DNA of 64,000 nucleotides from contig CAWFAD010000016.1 of NCBI GenBank assembly GCA_963813815.1, forward strand, positions 480,001-544,000, read 5' to 3'. This document shows, one piece after another, positions 17,439 through 26,732 of the stretch. Numbering within the stretch: position 1 is the first letter of the stretch; every line of letters starts with the position of its first letter. Both the position numbers and the translations under genes were made by a program. This stretch comes from an uncultured bacterium. Its GTDB lineage: Bacteria; Krumholzibacteriota; Krumholzibacteriia; Krumholzibacteriales; Krumholzibacteriaceae. The notes under the pieces are model-generated. The model was not told the origin of the DNA and searched no databases. It saw only the letters and a list, made by a program, of their open reading frames with translations.

Positions 17439-18491
17439 TCAATCCTCACCTCCGAGGAACATGTTCGCGCGATGGGCCATCCATTCATGCGGCGGTAGGA
17501 ATCCACGCTCCTGAAACGCGTCGATGGCGTACAGGGCGACGAGCGGAGCCGCGACGAGCGGGGGCCACAGGGCGGCGAGAGCGGCGAGCGCCGCCGGTCC
17601 GAAGAAGAGGCGCTTCGCGTTCACGCGCCGCCGCGGGGGAACCTCGCCCCGCACGACGAGGCCGTTTCCGGCGTCGACCGTGACGGTATAGATGCGCTCC
17701 GCGTGGCGGTAGCGCAGGAGATACACGGGGTAGTAGTAGAGCGAGAGGCTGCTGTCGAAGAGCTGAAAGCGGCTCGCGCGCACCGTCGTCCCCGCTGCCG
17801 TCGCGAAGTGCGCGAGAAAGCTCAGGGCGTCGCGCCGCGCGGAGCGCTCGCTCCGCGTGGGGAGGGCGACCGTGTGCTCGCGGCGCCGCCCGGCGTCGAG
17901 CACGTCCCACTCGAGAAAATCGGTTCGGAACGAGATTCCCTGAAGCCCGAGGCTGGGGAGCACGCACGCCGGCGCGCTCCAGTCGATCCGTTTGAAGAGA
18001 AGCCGCGAGTAGGGAGTTCGTTCCTCGCGCATCGTCGTGCGCGTCTCGGTCGAGCGCGGATCGGCAGAGGCGATCTCGACCCGCACGAGCTTCGTGCGCT
18101 CGCCCGAGAGCCAGCCCATGACCCGGCCGCGAAGTCGCCAGAAAGGCACGTGCACGAGCCGCTGATCGACGATCGCGGTCTCGCGGGCGGAGATTCGGCC
18201 GCTCGATTCATCCGCGATCCACCGGATCGCCGCGAGCCGGGCCTTGCCCGGCGTGGTCGACGGTTTGAGAATGAAGCTCCGTAGACCGCGCGGCGCGGCG
18301 ATGAGGAGCGCCGACGAGCAGTAGCCGCAGCGGATGCTCCGTTCCCCTTCGTTGATGCGGAGCGCTCCGCCGCATGAGGGGCAGGTCGCCCCGAAGGCGA
18401 GCCCGCGATCGGCCGCTCTTCGGCCCCGCGAGGGGATCTCGCGCTCCGCTGACGCGCGTTCATCCATGGCGCTCGAATGCACGGCCGTCAT
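17439..18491 (-). CDS. Zinc-ribbon membrane protein, hypothetical
   Basis: CPSCGG..CGYC, HVPFW, YYPVY..Y..VDA.NG and C-terminal TM; ATGA-coupled to the upstream gene. Confidence 0.78.
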   Translation of the reverse strand: MTAVHSSAMDERASAEREIPSRGRRAADRGLAFGATCPSCGGALRINEGERSIRCGYCSSALLIAAPRGLRSFILKPSTTPGKARLAAIRWIADESSGRISARETAIVDQRLVHVPFWRLRGRVMGWLSGERTKLVRVEIASADPRSTETRTTMREERTPYSRLLFKRIDWSAPACVLPSLGLQGISFRTDFLEWDVLDAGRRREHTVALPTRSERSARRDALSFLAHFATAAGTTVRASRFQLFDSSLSLYYYPVYLLRYRHAERIYTVTVDAGNGLVVRGEVPPRRRVNAKRLFFGPAALAALAALWPPLVAAPLVALYAIDAFQERGFLPPHEWMAHRANMFLGGED

Positions 18492-19180
18492 CCCTTCGCC
18501 CGCTCCCGGAGCGTAAAGACGAGATACCCGGCCGACGCGGCCGCGGCCACAGCGGCGAGTCGGCCGAAAAAACCAGGCGTGACCTTCGCGAGCGTGAAAT
18601 ACACGGCGAAGAGAGCGGCGATCGAAAGTCCCAGTCCGAGGCTCGGCCTGCGCCTGCGCTCGGGGGGCAGATCCTCCGCGACGACCTGCCAGCTCTCGCC
18701 GACGACCGCCGCCCGGCCCCGCCAGCCGCCGGCCTCGTACTCGAGGGAATACACGGGAAGGTAAACGATCCGCGGCGCTCTCGGATCGACGCTGTCGGCG
18801 TCGACCACCGGTTCCGGCTGCTCGCTCTCGCTCAGGAACCCGTAGCTCCCGGCGGGAGGGTACGGCGCCTGATCGGCCGCCGTCCACGCGCCGGCCGCCG
18901 GAACGAGGGAGATCCCGCCGTCGTCATCCTCCGCCATGGAAAAGGGAATGAACGAGAAATCCGTCGCCAGGCGCGTCGCGCGCCGGCGCTCTTTCCGGGC
19001 GAGGTGCGATCGCAGCGATGCCTCGGCCGCCGCGTCGTCGCGCGCGTGCGAAAGGATGAGACGCTCGACTTCCCTGGGTTTGTCGAGGGCGAGGGATGCT
19101 CCGCAGAAGGAGCAAATGAGCATCGTTTGCCCCGGCTCGAACCGGTTCTCCCCGCCGCAGAGGCTGCATTGAACGAACAT
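18488..19180 (-). CDS. Zinc-ribbon membrane protein, hypothetical
   Basis: CSLCGG..CSFCG, IPF, YLPVY motifs and two C-terminal TM helices. Confidence 0.75.
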   Translation of the reverse strand: MFVQCSLCGGENRFEPGQTMLICSFCGASLALDKPREVERLILSHARDDAAAEASLRSHLARKERRRATRLATDFSFIPFSMAEDDDGGISLVPAAGAWTAADQAPYPPAGSYGFLSESEQPEPVVDADSVDPRAPRIVYLPVYSLEYEAGGWRGRAAVVGESWQVVAEDLPPERRRRPSLGLGLSIAALFAVYFTLAKVTPGFFGRLAAVAAAASAGYLVFTLRERAKG

Positions 19181-19222
19181 GGGAACCCGCCTGTGTTCCG
19201 CCGCCGCCGCGGCGCCCGCGCG

Positions 19223-20281
19223 CTACGCCTTGCCGCCTTCGAGGTTCTTGCCGCAGCCCATGCAGAACTTCGCGCCCGCCGGAACCTCGGTCTTGCAGCC
19301 GGGGCATTGGATCGAGCGCGCGACCGGCGCGCCGCAGGAGGCGCAGAAGCGCGCATCGGCCGCTATCTCCGCGCGGCATTTCGGGCAGAGGACCGCGTCT
19401 TTGACGGCGGACGCTCCGCCCTTCATTCCTTGGGCGATCATGCCTGGGATCATGAACCCGAGGCCGGCGCCCAGGCCGATTCCCATCCCGCCGGCCGCAG
19501 CGCCGCCCGCGCCGCCGTCTCCGCCGGAAGTCGCGGCGTCGCCCATGGCCTTCGCCGCCTTGAACTTGAAGAAGCTGTCGAGATCGCCCACCGCGGCGAG
19601 GCCGCTCCGCTCGTCGATCATCTTCTGCACTTCGGGGGGCGGGGTGATGGCGCTGAGGTAGAAGTCGGCGAGCTCCATGCCGTATTTGCGAAAGTCGCCG
19701 ACGAGGCGCTCCTTGATCTCGACCGCGAGCTCGTCGTACTGGCGCGGCAGATCGAAGATGGTGTCGAGCTTCTCGCCGAAGAGGTCGTTGATCCGGGCGA
19801 CGATCACGTCACGGAGATAGTCGCCGATCATCCCGCTCGTGTAGAAGCCCTGCGTGCCGACGACCGCGTTGATGAAGAGCGCGGGCTCGGCGATCTTGAA
19901 GGTGTAGACGCCGAAGGCTCGGAGCCGCACGAGGCCGAGCTTCGAGTCGGTGAAGGCCACCGGATCCTTCGTGCCCCATTTCTGGTTGATGAAGCTCTTC
20001 ATGTTGACGAAGAAGACCTCGGCGCGGAACGGGCTCTTGAATCCCCATGGGAGCGAGATGATCTTCGTGAGGATCGGCAGGTTCTTCGAGGTGAGGGTAT
20101 GTCGTCCGGGTCCGAAGATGTCGAGCCCCTTGCCGTCCTTGAAAAAGACCGCCATCTGGTTGTCCCGGACGATGAGCTGCGCGCCGATCTTGATCTCGGC
20201 GGACCCTTCCGGTGGAATGCGGTGAACGATCTCGTCGCCTCCGAGATCGAACCATTCCAGGATTTCCATGAACTGAGACAT
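19223..20281 (-). CDS. SPFH/band-7 (YdjI-like) protein with C-terminal double zinc ribbon
   Basis: [20 protein letters not shown]...NLP, KWGT, LRAFG, Gly-rich linker, CPKC/FCASCG/CPGC/FCMGCG. Confidence 0.9.
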   Translation of the reverse strand: MSQFMEILEWFDLGGDEIVHRIPPEGSAEIKIGAQLIVRDNQMAVFFKDGKGLDIFGPGRHTLTSKNLPILTKIISLPWGFKSPFRAEVFFVNMKSFINQKWGTKDPVAFTDSKLGLVRLRAFGVYTFKIAEPALFINAVVGTQGFYTSGMIGDYLRDVIVARINDLFGEKLDTIFDLPRQYDELAVEIKERLVGDFRKYGMELADFYLSAITPPPEVQKMIDERSGLAAVGDLDSFFKFKAAKAMGDAATSGGDGGAGGAAAGGMGIGLGAGLGFMIPGMIAQGMKGGASAVKDAVLCPKCRAEIAADARFCASCGAPVARSIQCPGCKTEVPAGAKFCMGCGKNLEGGKA

Positions 20282-20356
20282 ACCGGCCTCCCCTTCGCAT
20301 AGATAGAGTTTGTTCGTTGCGGGCGTCGTGCCCGGCCGCCCGATTGAGGACGAATG

Positions 20357-20372
20357 AGCAAAGGTAATGCCA
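20357..20372 (-). promoter_or_regulatory. sigma54 -24/-12 promoter of the SPFH operon
   Basis: Minus strand TGGCATTACCTTTGCT, near-consensus GG-N10-GC, about 75 nt upstream of the start. Confidence 0.75.
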
Positions 20373-20534
20373 AATCGGCGGTTAGCGCCATTTTGGAGGT
20401 CCGGCTGGCGCCGGCGGCCGGCCGGCCGCCGATATCCCATTTTCAAAAAAGGAGATATGACCTATACTGCAACCCGGGGTGGAGCGGTCCGGGGGAGGGT
20501 CGAGCGTGGAGTCCTGGCACGAAAGGAGTCGGTC

Positions 20535-20918
20535 GTGGCTCTCTTTGCTGCTTTCGGCATCGGTATCATCTTTCTTTTCATCTTCATGGTGATCCTCGGC
20601 GGGCTCTTTATGTGGCTCGCCGCCAAGATCTCCCGCATCGAGGACTCGAGCTTCGGCCGGGCGCTCGTCGCGGCGATCGGGGCGAGCTTCGTCGCGGTTC
20701 TCGCCGCGTTTCTCTTCAACCTGCTGCCCGTCTTCGGCAACATGTTCGGCTTCATCGTCGGGCTCATCCTGTCGATTCTCGTCATCAAGGCCGCCTTCCG
20801 CACCTCCTTCGGGAAGGCGCTCCTCGTCTGGGTTTTCAATCTCGTCGCGACGCTCATCGCCCTGGGGCTCGCGGCCGTTCTCACGGCGAGCTCGTTTCTC
20901 ATCGGACGCTCCATCTAG
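20535..20918 (+). CDS. Small multi-pass membrane protein
   Basis: AAGGAG RBS and GTG start; about 4 hydrophobic helices. Confidence 0.7.
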   Translation: MALFAAFGIGIIFLFIFMVILGGLFMWLAAKISRIEDSSFGRALVAAIGASFVAVLAAFLFNLLPVFGNMFGFIVGLILSILVIKAAFRTSFGKALLVWVFNLVATLIALGLAAVLTASSFLIGRSI

Positions 20919-20974
20919 CTCCGCGGCGGCTGCGCGCGAGTCGCCGCGGCGAGACGGGAGGCGGAATCGTCGCC

Positions 20975-22177
20975 ATGAAAGAACGCGGTGTTCCGATCGT
21001 GATGTATCACGGCGTCGGCCCCGATCGGGAGGGGTGGCCGTGGAACTACCTGTTCACGCCCTCTGACGTTTTCGAGCGCCAGATGCGGGCCCTCCGGGAT
21101 GAGGGATGGACGACGGTCACCCTCGCCGAGCTTCACGCGCACATGGCCTCGGGCGCGCCGCTTCCGCCGAAGCCGGTCGTGCTCACCTTCGACGACGGCT
21201 ACGCGGACAACTGGGTCTACGCGTACCCGCTGCTCAAGAAATACGGTCATCGGGCGGCGATCTGGATGAGCACCGATTTCGTCGATCCGCGCGGCGTGCC
21301 GCGTCCCACGATCGAGGACGTCTGGGCAGGGCGCCTTCGCGAAGCGGAGATCGATCCGCGCGGCTATCTCTCGTGGGCCGAGATGCGCCGCATGGCGGAG
21401 AGCGGCCACGTCGAGATACAGAGCCACGCGATGACGCACACGTGGTATCCGGTCGCGGAGGATATCGTCGACTTCCACCGTCCGGCGGGGGTGGACGATT
21501 ACGAGCCGCCGCTCTGGCTCGGCTGGAACATGTTCCCGGGACGGAAGCACGAGAGCATGCACCTGAAGCTCTCCGATCTCGTGCCGCTCGGCACGCCGGT
21601 CTACCGGCACGAGAAATCCCTCGCGGCGCGCCGCTATTTCGAGGACGAACGTCTGACGGAGAGGCTTCGCGCCCACGTCGCCTCCTCGGGCGACACGGCG
21701 TTTTTCGAGGAGCCCGGGTGGCGCGAGGAGCTCATGGAGATCGTGCGCGAGCACGGAGTGGGCGGCGGCCGGCTCGAGACGGAGAGGGAGTACGCCTTCC
21801 GCGTTCGCCGGGAGCTCGTCGAGTCGCGCAGGATGATCGAGGAGGCGCTCGGCGCGAAGGTGGAGTTCTTTTGCTGGCCGGGAGGCGGCCGGAGACCCGA
21901 AACGCTCCGCATGGCCGAGGAGGCGGGGTATCTCGCGACGACCACGCACTTCGAGGACCGCTCGCGGCGGAACGTCCGGGGACAGAACCCGCGCGAGCTC
22001 TCCCGCATCGGTTCGGGATCGCCGTGGACGTGGCGGGGAATCGCCATCAAACGCACCGGCCCCGGCTTCTTCATCGCCAACCTCGAGACCTTCGCCGGCG
22101 GCGAAAAATCGATTTGGCGCCTTCGCGCCCATAAACTACAATATCTCCTCCGGCACTTCGTTTCGGGCGCGCGCTGA
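20975..22177 (+). CDS. Polysaccharide deacetylase (CE4/NodB-like)
   Basis: PIVMYH, VVLTFDDGY.DN, IQSHAMTH and FCWPGG motifs. Confidence 0.9.
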   Translation: MKERGVPIVMYHGVGPDREGWPWNYLFTPSDVFERQMRALRDEGWTTVTLAELHAHMASGAPLPPKPVVLTFDDGYADNWVYAYPLLKKYGHRAAIWMSTDFVDPRGVPRPTIEDVWAGRLREAEIDPRGYLSWAEMRRMAESGHVEIQSHAMTHTWYPVAEDIVDFHRPAGVDDYEPPLWLGWNMFPGRKHESMHLKLSDLVPLGTPVYRHEKSLAARRYFEDERLTERLRAHVASSGDTAFFEEPGWREELMEIVREHGVGGGRLETEREYAFRVRRELVESRRMIEEALGAKVEFFCWPGGGRRPETLRMAEEAGYLATTTHFEDRSRRNVRGQNPRELSRIGSGSPWTWRGIAIKRTGPGFFIANLETFAGGEKSIWRLRAHKLQYLLRHFVSGAR

Positions 22178-22195
22178 CGAGCGCGAGGGGGAAGC

Positions 22196-23917
22196 ATGTT
22201 TCCGCCGCTGCCACCGGCGCTCATACGGAACGTCATTTATCCGGTCTACCGGGGGCTCCGGCGCGACCGGCTGCTCTCCGTCCTCGAGGAGCTCGAGCGG
22301 AACCAGTGGCTCTCCGCGCGGGAGATCGAGGACCTCCAGTGGAGCCGGCTCGCCGCGCTCATCCGCGGGATTGCCGCGTACGTGCCGTTCTACGAGGACC
22401 TGCTGAAACAGATCTCGCTCGCGCCCGAGGACCTGCAGAGCCCCGAGGATTTCCGGAGGATCCCGTTCCTCACGAAGGAGATCATCCGGAGCGCCGGGGC
22501 CCGGATGACGTCGAAGGATCCGATTCGGCGCGGCTTCCCGTCGAGCACGGGAGGGTCGACGGGGGAACCGCTCTTCTTTTACGGCGACGTTTCGACGGGC
22601 CCGCTCCGCAGGGCGAACGGGATGCGCGGGTTCCGATGGGCGGGGATCGACATCGGCGACCGGCAGGCGGTGCTCTGGGGCACCCACCTCGGCTCGGGGC
22701 GGCGCGAGCGGGCCGCGCAGGCGGCGCGGAACTATTTCAGCAACACGCTCTACCTGTCGACCTTCGACATGTCCGACGCGTCGATGGAGCGGTACGCGGC
22801 GAGGCTTCGCGCCTTCCGGCCGCAGCTCTTCACCGGATACCCCTCGGCGCTCGCGCTCTTCGCCGCCTTTCTCCGCTCCCGGCGGGCACAGGATATCCGG
22901 CCGCGCGCGGTCATCGCGAGCGGCGAGGAGCTCTACGAAAGCCAGCGCGAGCTCATCGAGGCCGTGTTCGGCTGCCGGGTCTTCGACCGGTACGGGAGCC
23001 GCGAGTTCGCCGGGGTGGCGCACGAATGCGAGGAGCACCGCGGACTCCACGTCATGAGCGATCTCTTTTACGTCGAGGTCGTCACCGAGAGCGGCCGCCC
23101 GGCGAGCGAGGGCGAGATCGGCGAGATCGTCGTCACGGACCTCTTCAACACGTACATGCCCTTCGTCCGCTACCGGACCGGCGACCTCGCCGTGACGACG
23201 GGGCGGACGTGCCCGTGCGGACGCGGGCTGCCGCTCCTCGAGCGGATCGAGGGACGGAGCTTCGACGCCATCGTCACGGCCGACGGCAGGCATATCGGCG
23301 GCTTTTTCTGGACGTGGCTCTCGCGCGCGGTGCCGGGCATCCGGCGCTTCCAGGTCGAGCAGCGCGAGCGGAGCGGCGTCATCTTCCGCTTCGTGCCGGG
23401 CCCCGAGTGGCGCGACGAATACGAGCGCTCGCTCGAGAAGAAAATCAGGGAGAACTGCGGCGACGGGTTCGGCGTTTCCTTCGAGCGCGTCGGAGAGATT
23501 CCCCTCACGCCGTCGGGCAAGTCGAAGTTCATCATTTCGAACGTCGGCGAGCGGCTCGTCGTGAAGTCGAAGATCCATCGCGCGACGATCACGGCCGAGG
23601 AGCCCGACGGACCCGACTGCATCGTGATCGACGAGGAGATCATGGAGCTCGCCAACATCTCCCGGAACGAGAAGGTGCTCATCGTCGATATGACGAACGG
23701 CGAACGCGTCGACGCCTTCGCCGTGCCGGGCGCGCGGGGCGGGGGAGCGGTGACGGTCTGCGGCGCCGCGGCGAAGCTCGTTCACACGGGGGACACCGTC
23801 GGCATCATGGCGTTCACCTGGTCCGAAGGCCCGACGGGGCGGTTCGCCAACATTCTCGTCGACGAGCGGAACCGGTTCGCCCGGTACCTCACCGAGAACG
23901 CCGGAGATACGGTCTAG
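22196..23917 (+). CDS. PaaK/CapK-family adenylate-forming ligase fused to a C-terminal PanD-like domain lacking the cleavage site
   Basis: STGGSTGEP, GYPS, YGSRE, PFVRYRTGD, IEGR and SGK motifs; from about 23549 KSKIHRAT..ID..NGER..GAAA.LV..GD.V.IMAF. Confidence 0.88.
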   Translation: MFPPLPPALIRNVIYPVYRGLRRDRLLSVLEELERNQWLSAREIEDLQWSRLAALIRGIAAYVPFYEDLLKQISLAPEDLQSPEDFRRIPFLTKEIIRSAGARMTSKDPIRRGFPSSTGGSTGEPLFFYGDVSTGPLRRANGMRGFRWAGIDIGDRQAVLWGTHLGSGRRERAAQAARNYFSNTLYLSTFDMSDASMERYAARLRAFRPQLFTGYPSALALFAAFLRSRRAQDIRPRAVIASGEELYESQRELIEAVFGCRVFDRYGSREFAGVAHECEEHRGLHVMSDLFYVEVVTESGRPASEGEIGEIVVTDLFNTYMPFVRYRTGDLAVTTGRTCPCGRGLPLLERIEGRSFDAIVTADGRHIGGFFWTWLSRAVPGIRRFQVEQRERSGVIFRFVPGPEWRDEYERSLEKKIRENCGDGFGVSFERVGEIPLTPSGKSKFIISNVGERLVVKSKIHRATITAEEPDGPDCIVIDEEIMELANISRNEKVLIVDMTNGERVDAFAVPGARGGGAVTVCGAAAKLVHTGDTVGIMAFTWSEGPTGRFANILVDERNRFARYLTENAGDTV

Positions 23918-23979
23918 GGTACTTTCCGGCGGCGCCCGTTTGTACTATATTTCCCCCCGGCGCCGGGGCGTGGAGCGTT

Positions 23980-24339
23980 ATGAAACGGTTGCTGCTCAAA
24001 TCGATGATCCTCAAGGCCACGGTGACGCAGGCCGACGTGCATTACGTCGGCAGCATCACGATCGACCAGGATCTCATCGAGAAGGCGAATCTCTGCGAGC
24101 ACGAGAACGTTCTCGTCGCCGACCGTTCGAACGGCCGCCGTCTCGAGACGTACGTCATCGTCGGGGAGCGGGGGAGCGGCGTCATCGCGATGAACGGCGC
24201 GGCCGCGCATCTCATCAACGAGGGGGACGTCGTCGACATCATGGCGTTCAGCTGGTCGAACGGGGAAGTGCATCCCCTCTTCATCGAGGTGGACCGGGCG
24301 AACCGTTTCGCGGGTTATCACGACGGGGACGTTTCGTGA
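23980..24339 (+). CDS. panD: Aspartate 1-decarboxylase proenzyme (atypical)
   Basis: HYVG-SITID cleavage site, NG.RLETY and NGAAAH; GGAG RBS; lies inside the 22306..24339 ORF. Confidence 0.9.
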   Translation: MKRLLLKSMILKATVTQADVHYVGSITIDQDLIEKANLCEHENVLVADRSNGRRLETYVIVGERGSGVIAMNGAAAHLINEGDVVDIMAFSWSNGEVHPLFIEVDRANRFAGYHDGDVS

Positions 24340-24379
24340 GGCGCCCCGCCGCGCGCCGCGGCCCGGCCGGAAAGGGAAC

Positions 24380-25501
24380 ATGTTCTCCATGAACCTGCGG
24401 TTGTTTCGCCTCATGTCGATCCCGGTCGAGATCAACCTGAGCTGGCTCTTCGTGCTCGCGCTCATGACGTGGACCTTCGCGACCGGCTTCTACGCGGACG
24501 CGCTTCCCGACGGCAGCAGGCTCGAGCTCTGGGGGCTCGGTTTCATCACGGCGATTCTGGTGTTTGTCTCGATCCTGCTCCACGAGTTCAGCCATTCGAT
24601 CGTCGCCTCCCGCAACGGTCTTCCGATACGCAAGATCACGCTCTTTCTCTTCGGCGGCGTCGCCCAGATGGAGCGCGACGTCGATAACCCGACGGTCGAG
24701 CTCAAGATGGCGGCGGCCGGCCCGGCGATGTCGGTCGTGCTGGCGGCTCTGTTCTTCGCGCTCTCGAGGATCTTCTCGCAACACCGTCTCGTGTACGTCC
24801 TCATGAACAATCTCGCCTACGTCAATCTCCTCGTGCTCGGATTCAACATGGTGCCGGGTTTTCCGCTCGACGGCGGCAGGATACTCCGCGCCGCGATCTG
24901 GCGCGCGACGGGAAACGTGCAGAAGGCGACGCGCATCGCGAGCCGGATCGGCGGCGCGTTCGCGATCGTGCTCATCGTCTACGGCGTGATCAATCTCTTC
25001 GGCGGCGTCATTATCGGCGGACTCTGGCTCATCTTCATCGGTTTTTTCCTGCGCCAGGCGGCGCAATCGGGATATCTGCTCGTGACCTTCAAGCAAACGC
25101 TCGGGCACCTGCGGGTCTCCGACGTCATGCGCTCGCCGGTCGTGACGGTGGACGCCTCGGAGAGTCTGCGTCGCCTCGTCGACGACTACGTTCTCCGGTA
25201 CCACTACGCGTCGTTTCCGGTGATCGAGGGAGGACGGCTCGCGGGCATGGTCTCGCTCAAGGACGTCAAGCGGGTCGACATGTCGGCGTGGGGCGAGGCG
25301 AGCGCGGGGGAGATCGCGGATCGCGGGATCGTGCCGTACGCGCTCAGCCCGGAGCAGCCGGCCGAGGCGCTCGTCGGCCTCATGATGAAAAAAGGATACG
25401 GCCGGCTGCCGGTCGTGGACGGCGAGGGCAGGGTGGTCGGGATCGTATCGAGGCGCGACCTGATGGAAACGATCAAGATGATGGCGTATCTCGAGGAGTA
25501 G
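24380..25501 (+). CDS. Site-2 protease (M50) with CBS pair
   Basis: HEFSH, AAGP, FNMVPGFPLDGGR and two CBS domains. Confidence 0.93.
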   Translation: MFSMNLRLFRLMSIPVEINLSWLFVLALMTWTFATGFYADALPDGSRLELWGLGFITAILVFVSILLHEFSHSIVASRNGLPIRKITLFLFGGVAQMERDVDNPTVELKMAAAGPAMSVVLAALFFALSRIFSQHRLVYVLMNNLAYVNLLVLGFNMVPGFPLDGGRILRAAIWRATGNVQKATRIASRIGGAFAIVLIVYGVINLFGGVIIGGLWLIFIGFFLRQAAQSGYLLVTFKQTLGHLRVSDVMRSPVVTVDASESLRRLVDDYVLRYHYASFPVIEGGRLAGMVSLKDVKRVDMSAWGEASAGEIADRGIVPYALSPEQPAEALVGLMMKKGYGRLPVVDGEGRVVGIVSRRDLMETIKMMAYLEE

Positions 25502-25502
25502 C

Positions 25503-25703
25503 TCAGGCCTCCTTTTCTTCCTCCATATCCTCGAAGTCCTCGAACTCGTCGGTCTCGGCGGGCTCTTCGATCTCGTCCTCGAGGATCGAGTTGTATGCTC
25601 CGTACTTCTTTACTTTCTTGTCGCTGTCGTCCTGAAGCTTGCGTTTGGGATCCGGTTCCGGACGATGGTTCCGCTTCTTCTTCGGCATGGGCCTGCGCTT
25701 CAA
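25503..25703 (-). CDS. Small charge-segregated protein
   Basis: AAGGAG RBS and upstream TATACT; basic N-half, D/E-rich tail; start is 25703 (TTG) or 25688 (ATG). Confidence 0.55.
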   Translation of the reverse strand: MKRRPMPKKKRNHRPEPDPKRKLQDDSDKKVKKYGAYNSILEDEIEEPAETDEFEDFEDMEEEKEA

Positions 25704-25857
25704 AGTAAGGTCGCTCCTTTCCAGATGAAGCCGTTATGCCTTCGCTACCGATTGAAACCGCCTGCCATAAGTATAGCAAAAACGATTTCCATTTTCACCA
25801 GTCTGCAAAAACCGTGACAATTCGGCGGGGGAGACGGTTCGGGGGAGCTGCGAAGGA

Positions 25858-25883
25858 GGAGGGCCGCTCGGGGGCGGCCCTCC
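25858..25883. terminator. GC-rich hairpin, possible terminator
   Basis: GGAGGGCCGC-N6-GCGGCCCTCC downstream of the 25956 gene; weak U-tract. Confidence 0.4.
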
Positions 25884-25955
25884 AACCTCTTGATTCATAG
25901 TCGATTCCGCGCTTCGCGGAGCGTTCCGGAAAAGGCCGGCCGCGCGGCGCGGCGC

Positions 25956-26714
25956 TCATTGCGCCGGCGGGCGGTTTTCCTCGAATACGGCGTCTTCGAT
26001 CGCTTCGTCGAACGCCACCGTGCTCCAGACGAACTCCTCCGCCTTGCGTCCCTCGGCGTACACCGTGACGTGAAAGGGGACGAGGCGGCCGCCGACGGCG
26101 CGGTAATCCTCGAGGAGATACACCCGGTTCGCCTTGCGCTCGACGCGGCGCGCGGGAACGTAGGTCCGCTCGTTCACGTCCCAGAGGATGGTGTCTCCCT
26201 CATGGACGCACCCGGCGCGCAGGAGCCCGGTCCCCGAAAGAAGCGAATCGCCGGGAACCACGGGGACCGTGAAGAACGTGTCGCAGGAGGCGAGGTAGTA
26301 CGCGACGCCGTCGACGCGATCCAGGAGATTCTTCAAGTTCGCCGCGACGTTCGCGCTTCGCCCGGCGTTGAGGTTGACCACGTACCACGCGTCCCCGCCG
26401 TTGCCGTAGTACATGCGGTAGAACGGGTGATCGTACGCGCTGTTGTCCTGATCGATCTTGACCTTGTCGGGCTTCTTGACGGCGCGCGCGTAATCGGCCT
26501 TGAGGGTTCCCCACCCGGGCGTGTCCCAGGCGATGTGGAGCCCTTTCTCGACGCGGGTCGTCCAGCTCCTGTCCTCGCCGAGCGCTTTCGACGTCCTTTC
26601 GAGCATGGACCTGGCGTCGTCCTCCGCGGCCCCCGGCGCGGAAAAGGCGCCGAGCAGCAGAAGCGAGGCGGCGAGGACGGCGGCGGGCCGCATTCGTTCA
26701 TGGATCGCGTTCAT
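25956..26714 (-). CDS. Exported protein, possibly LolA-like fold
   Basis: Signal peptide; C-terminal LEDYR.VGG..VPF and FDEAIEDAVF resemble lipoprotein-sorting-like proteins. Confidence 0.6.
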   Translation of the reverse strand: MNAIHERMRPAAVLAASLLLLGAFSAPGAAEDDARSMLERTSKALGEDRSWTTRVEKGLHIAWDTPGWGTLKADYARAVKKPDKVKIDQDNSAYDHPFYRMYYGNGGDAWYVVNLNAGRSANVAANLKNLLDRVDGVAYYLASCDTFFTVPVVPGDSLLSGTGLLRAGCVHEGDTILWDVNERTYVPARRVERKANRVYLLEDYRAVGGRLVPFHVTVYAEGRKAEEFVWSTVAFDEAIEDAVFEENRPPAQ

Positions 26715-26732
26715 CGCATCATCCTCCATCCG

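Noticed and set aside
22306..23979. Apparent long N-terminal extension on panD
   Set aside because: Alternative frame of the ligase gene; panD has its own RBS and ATG at 23980.
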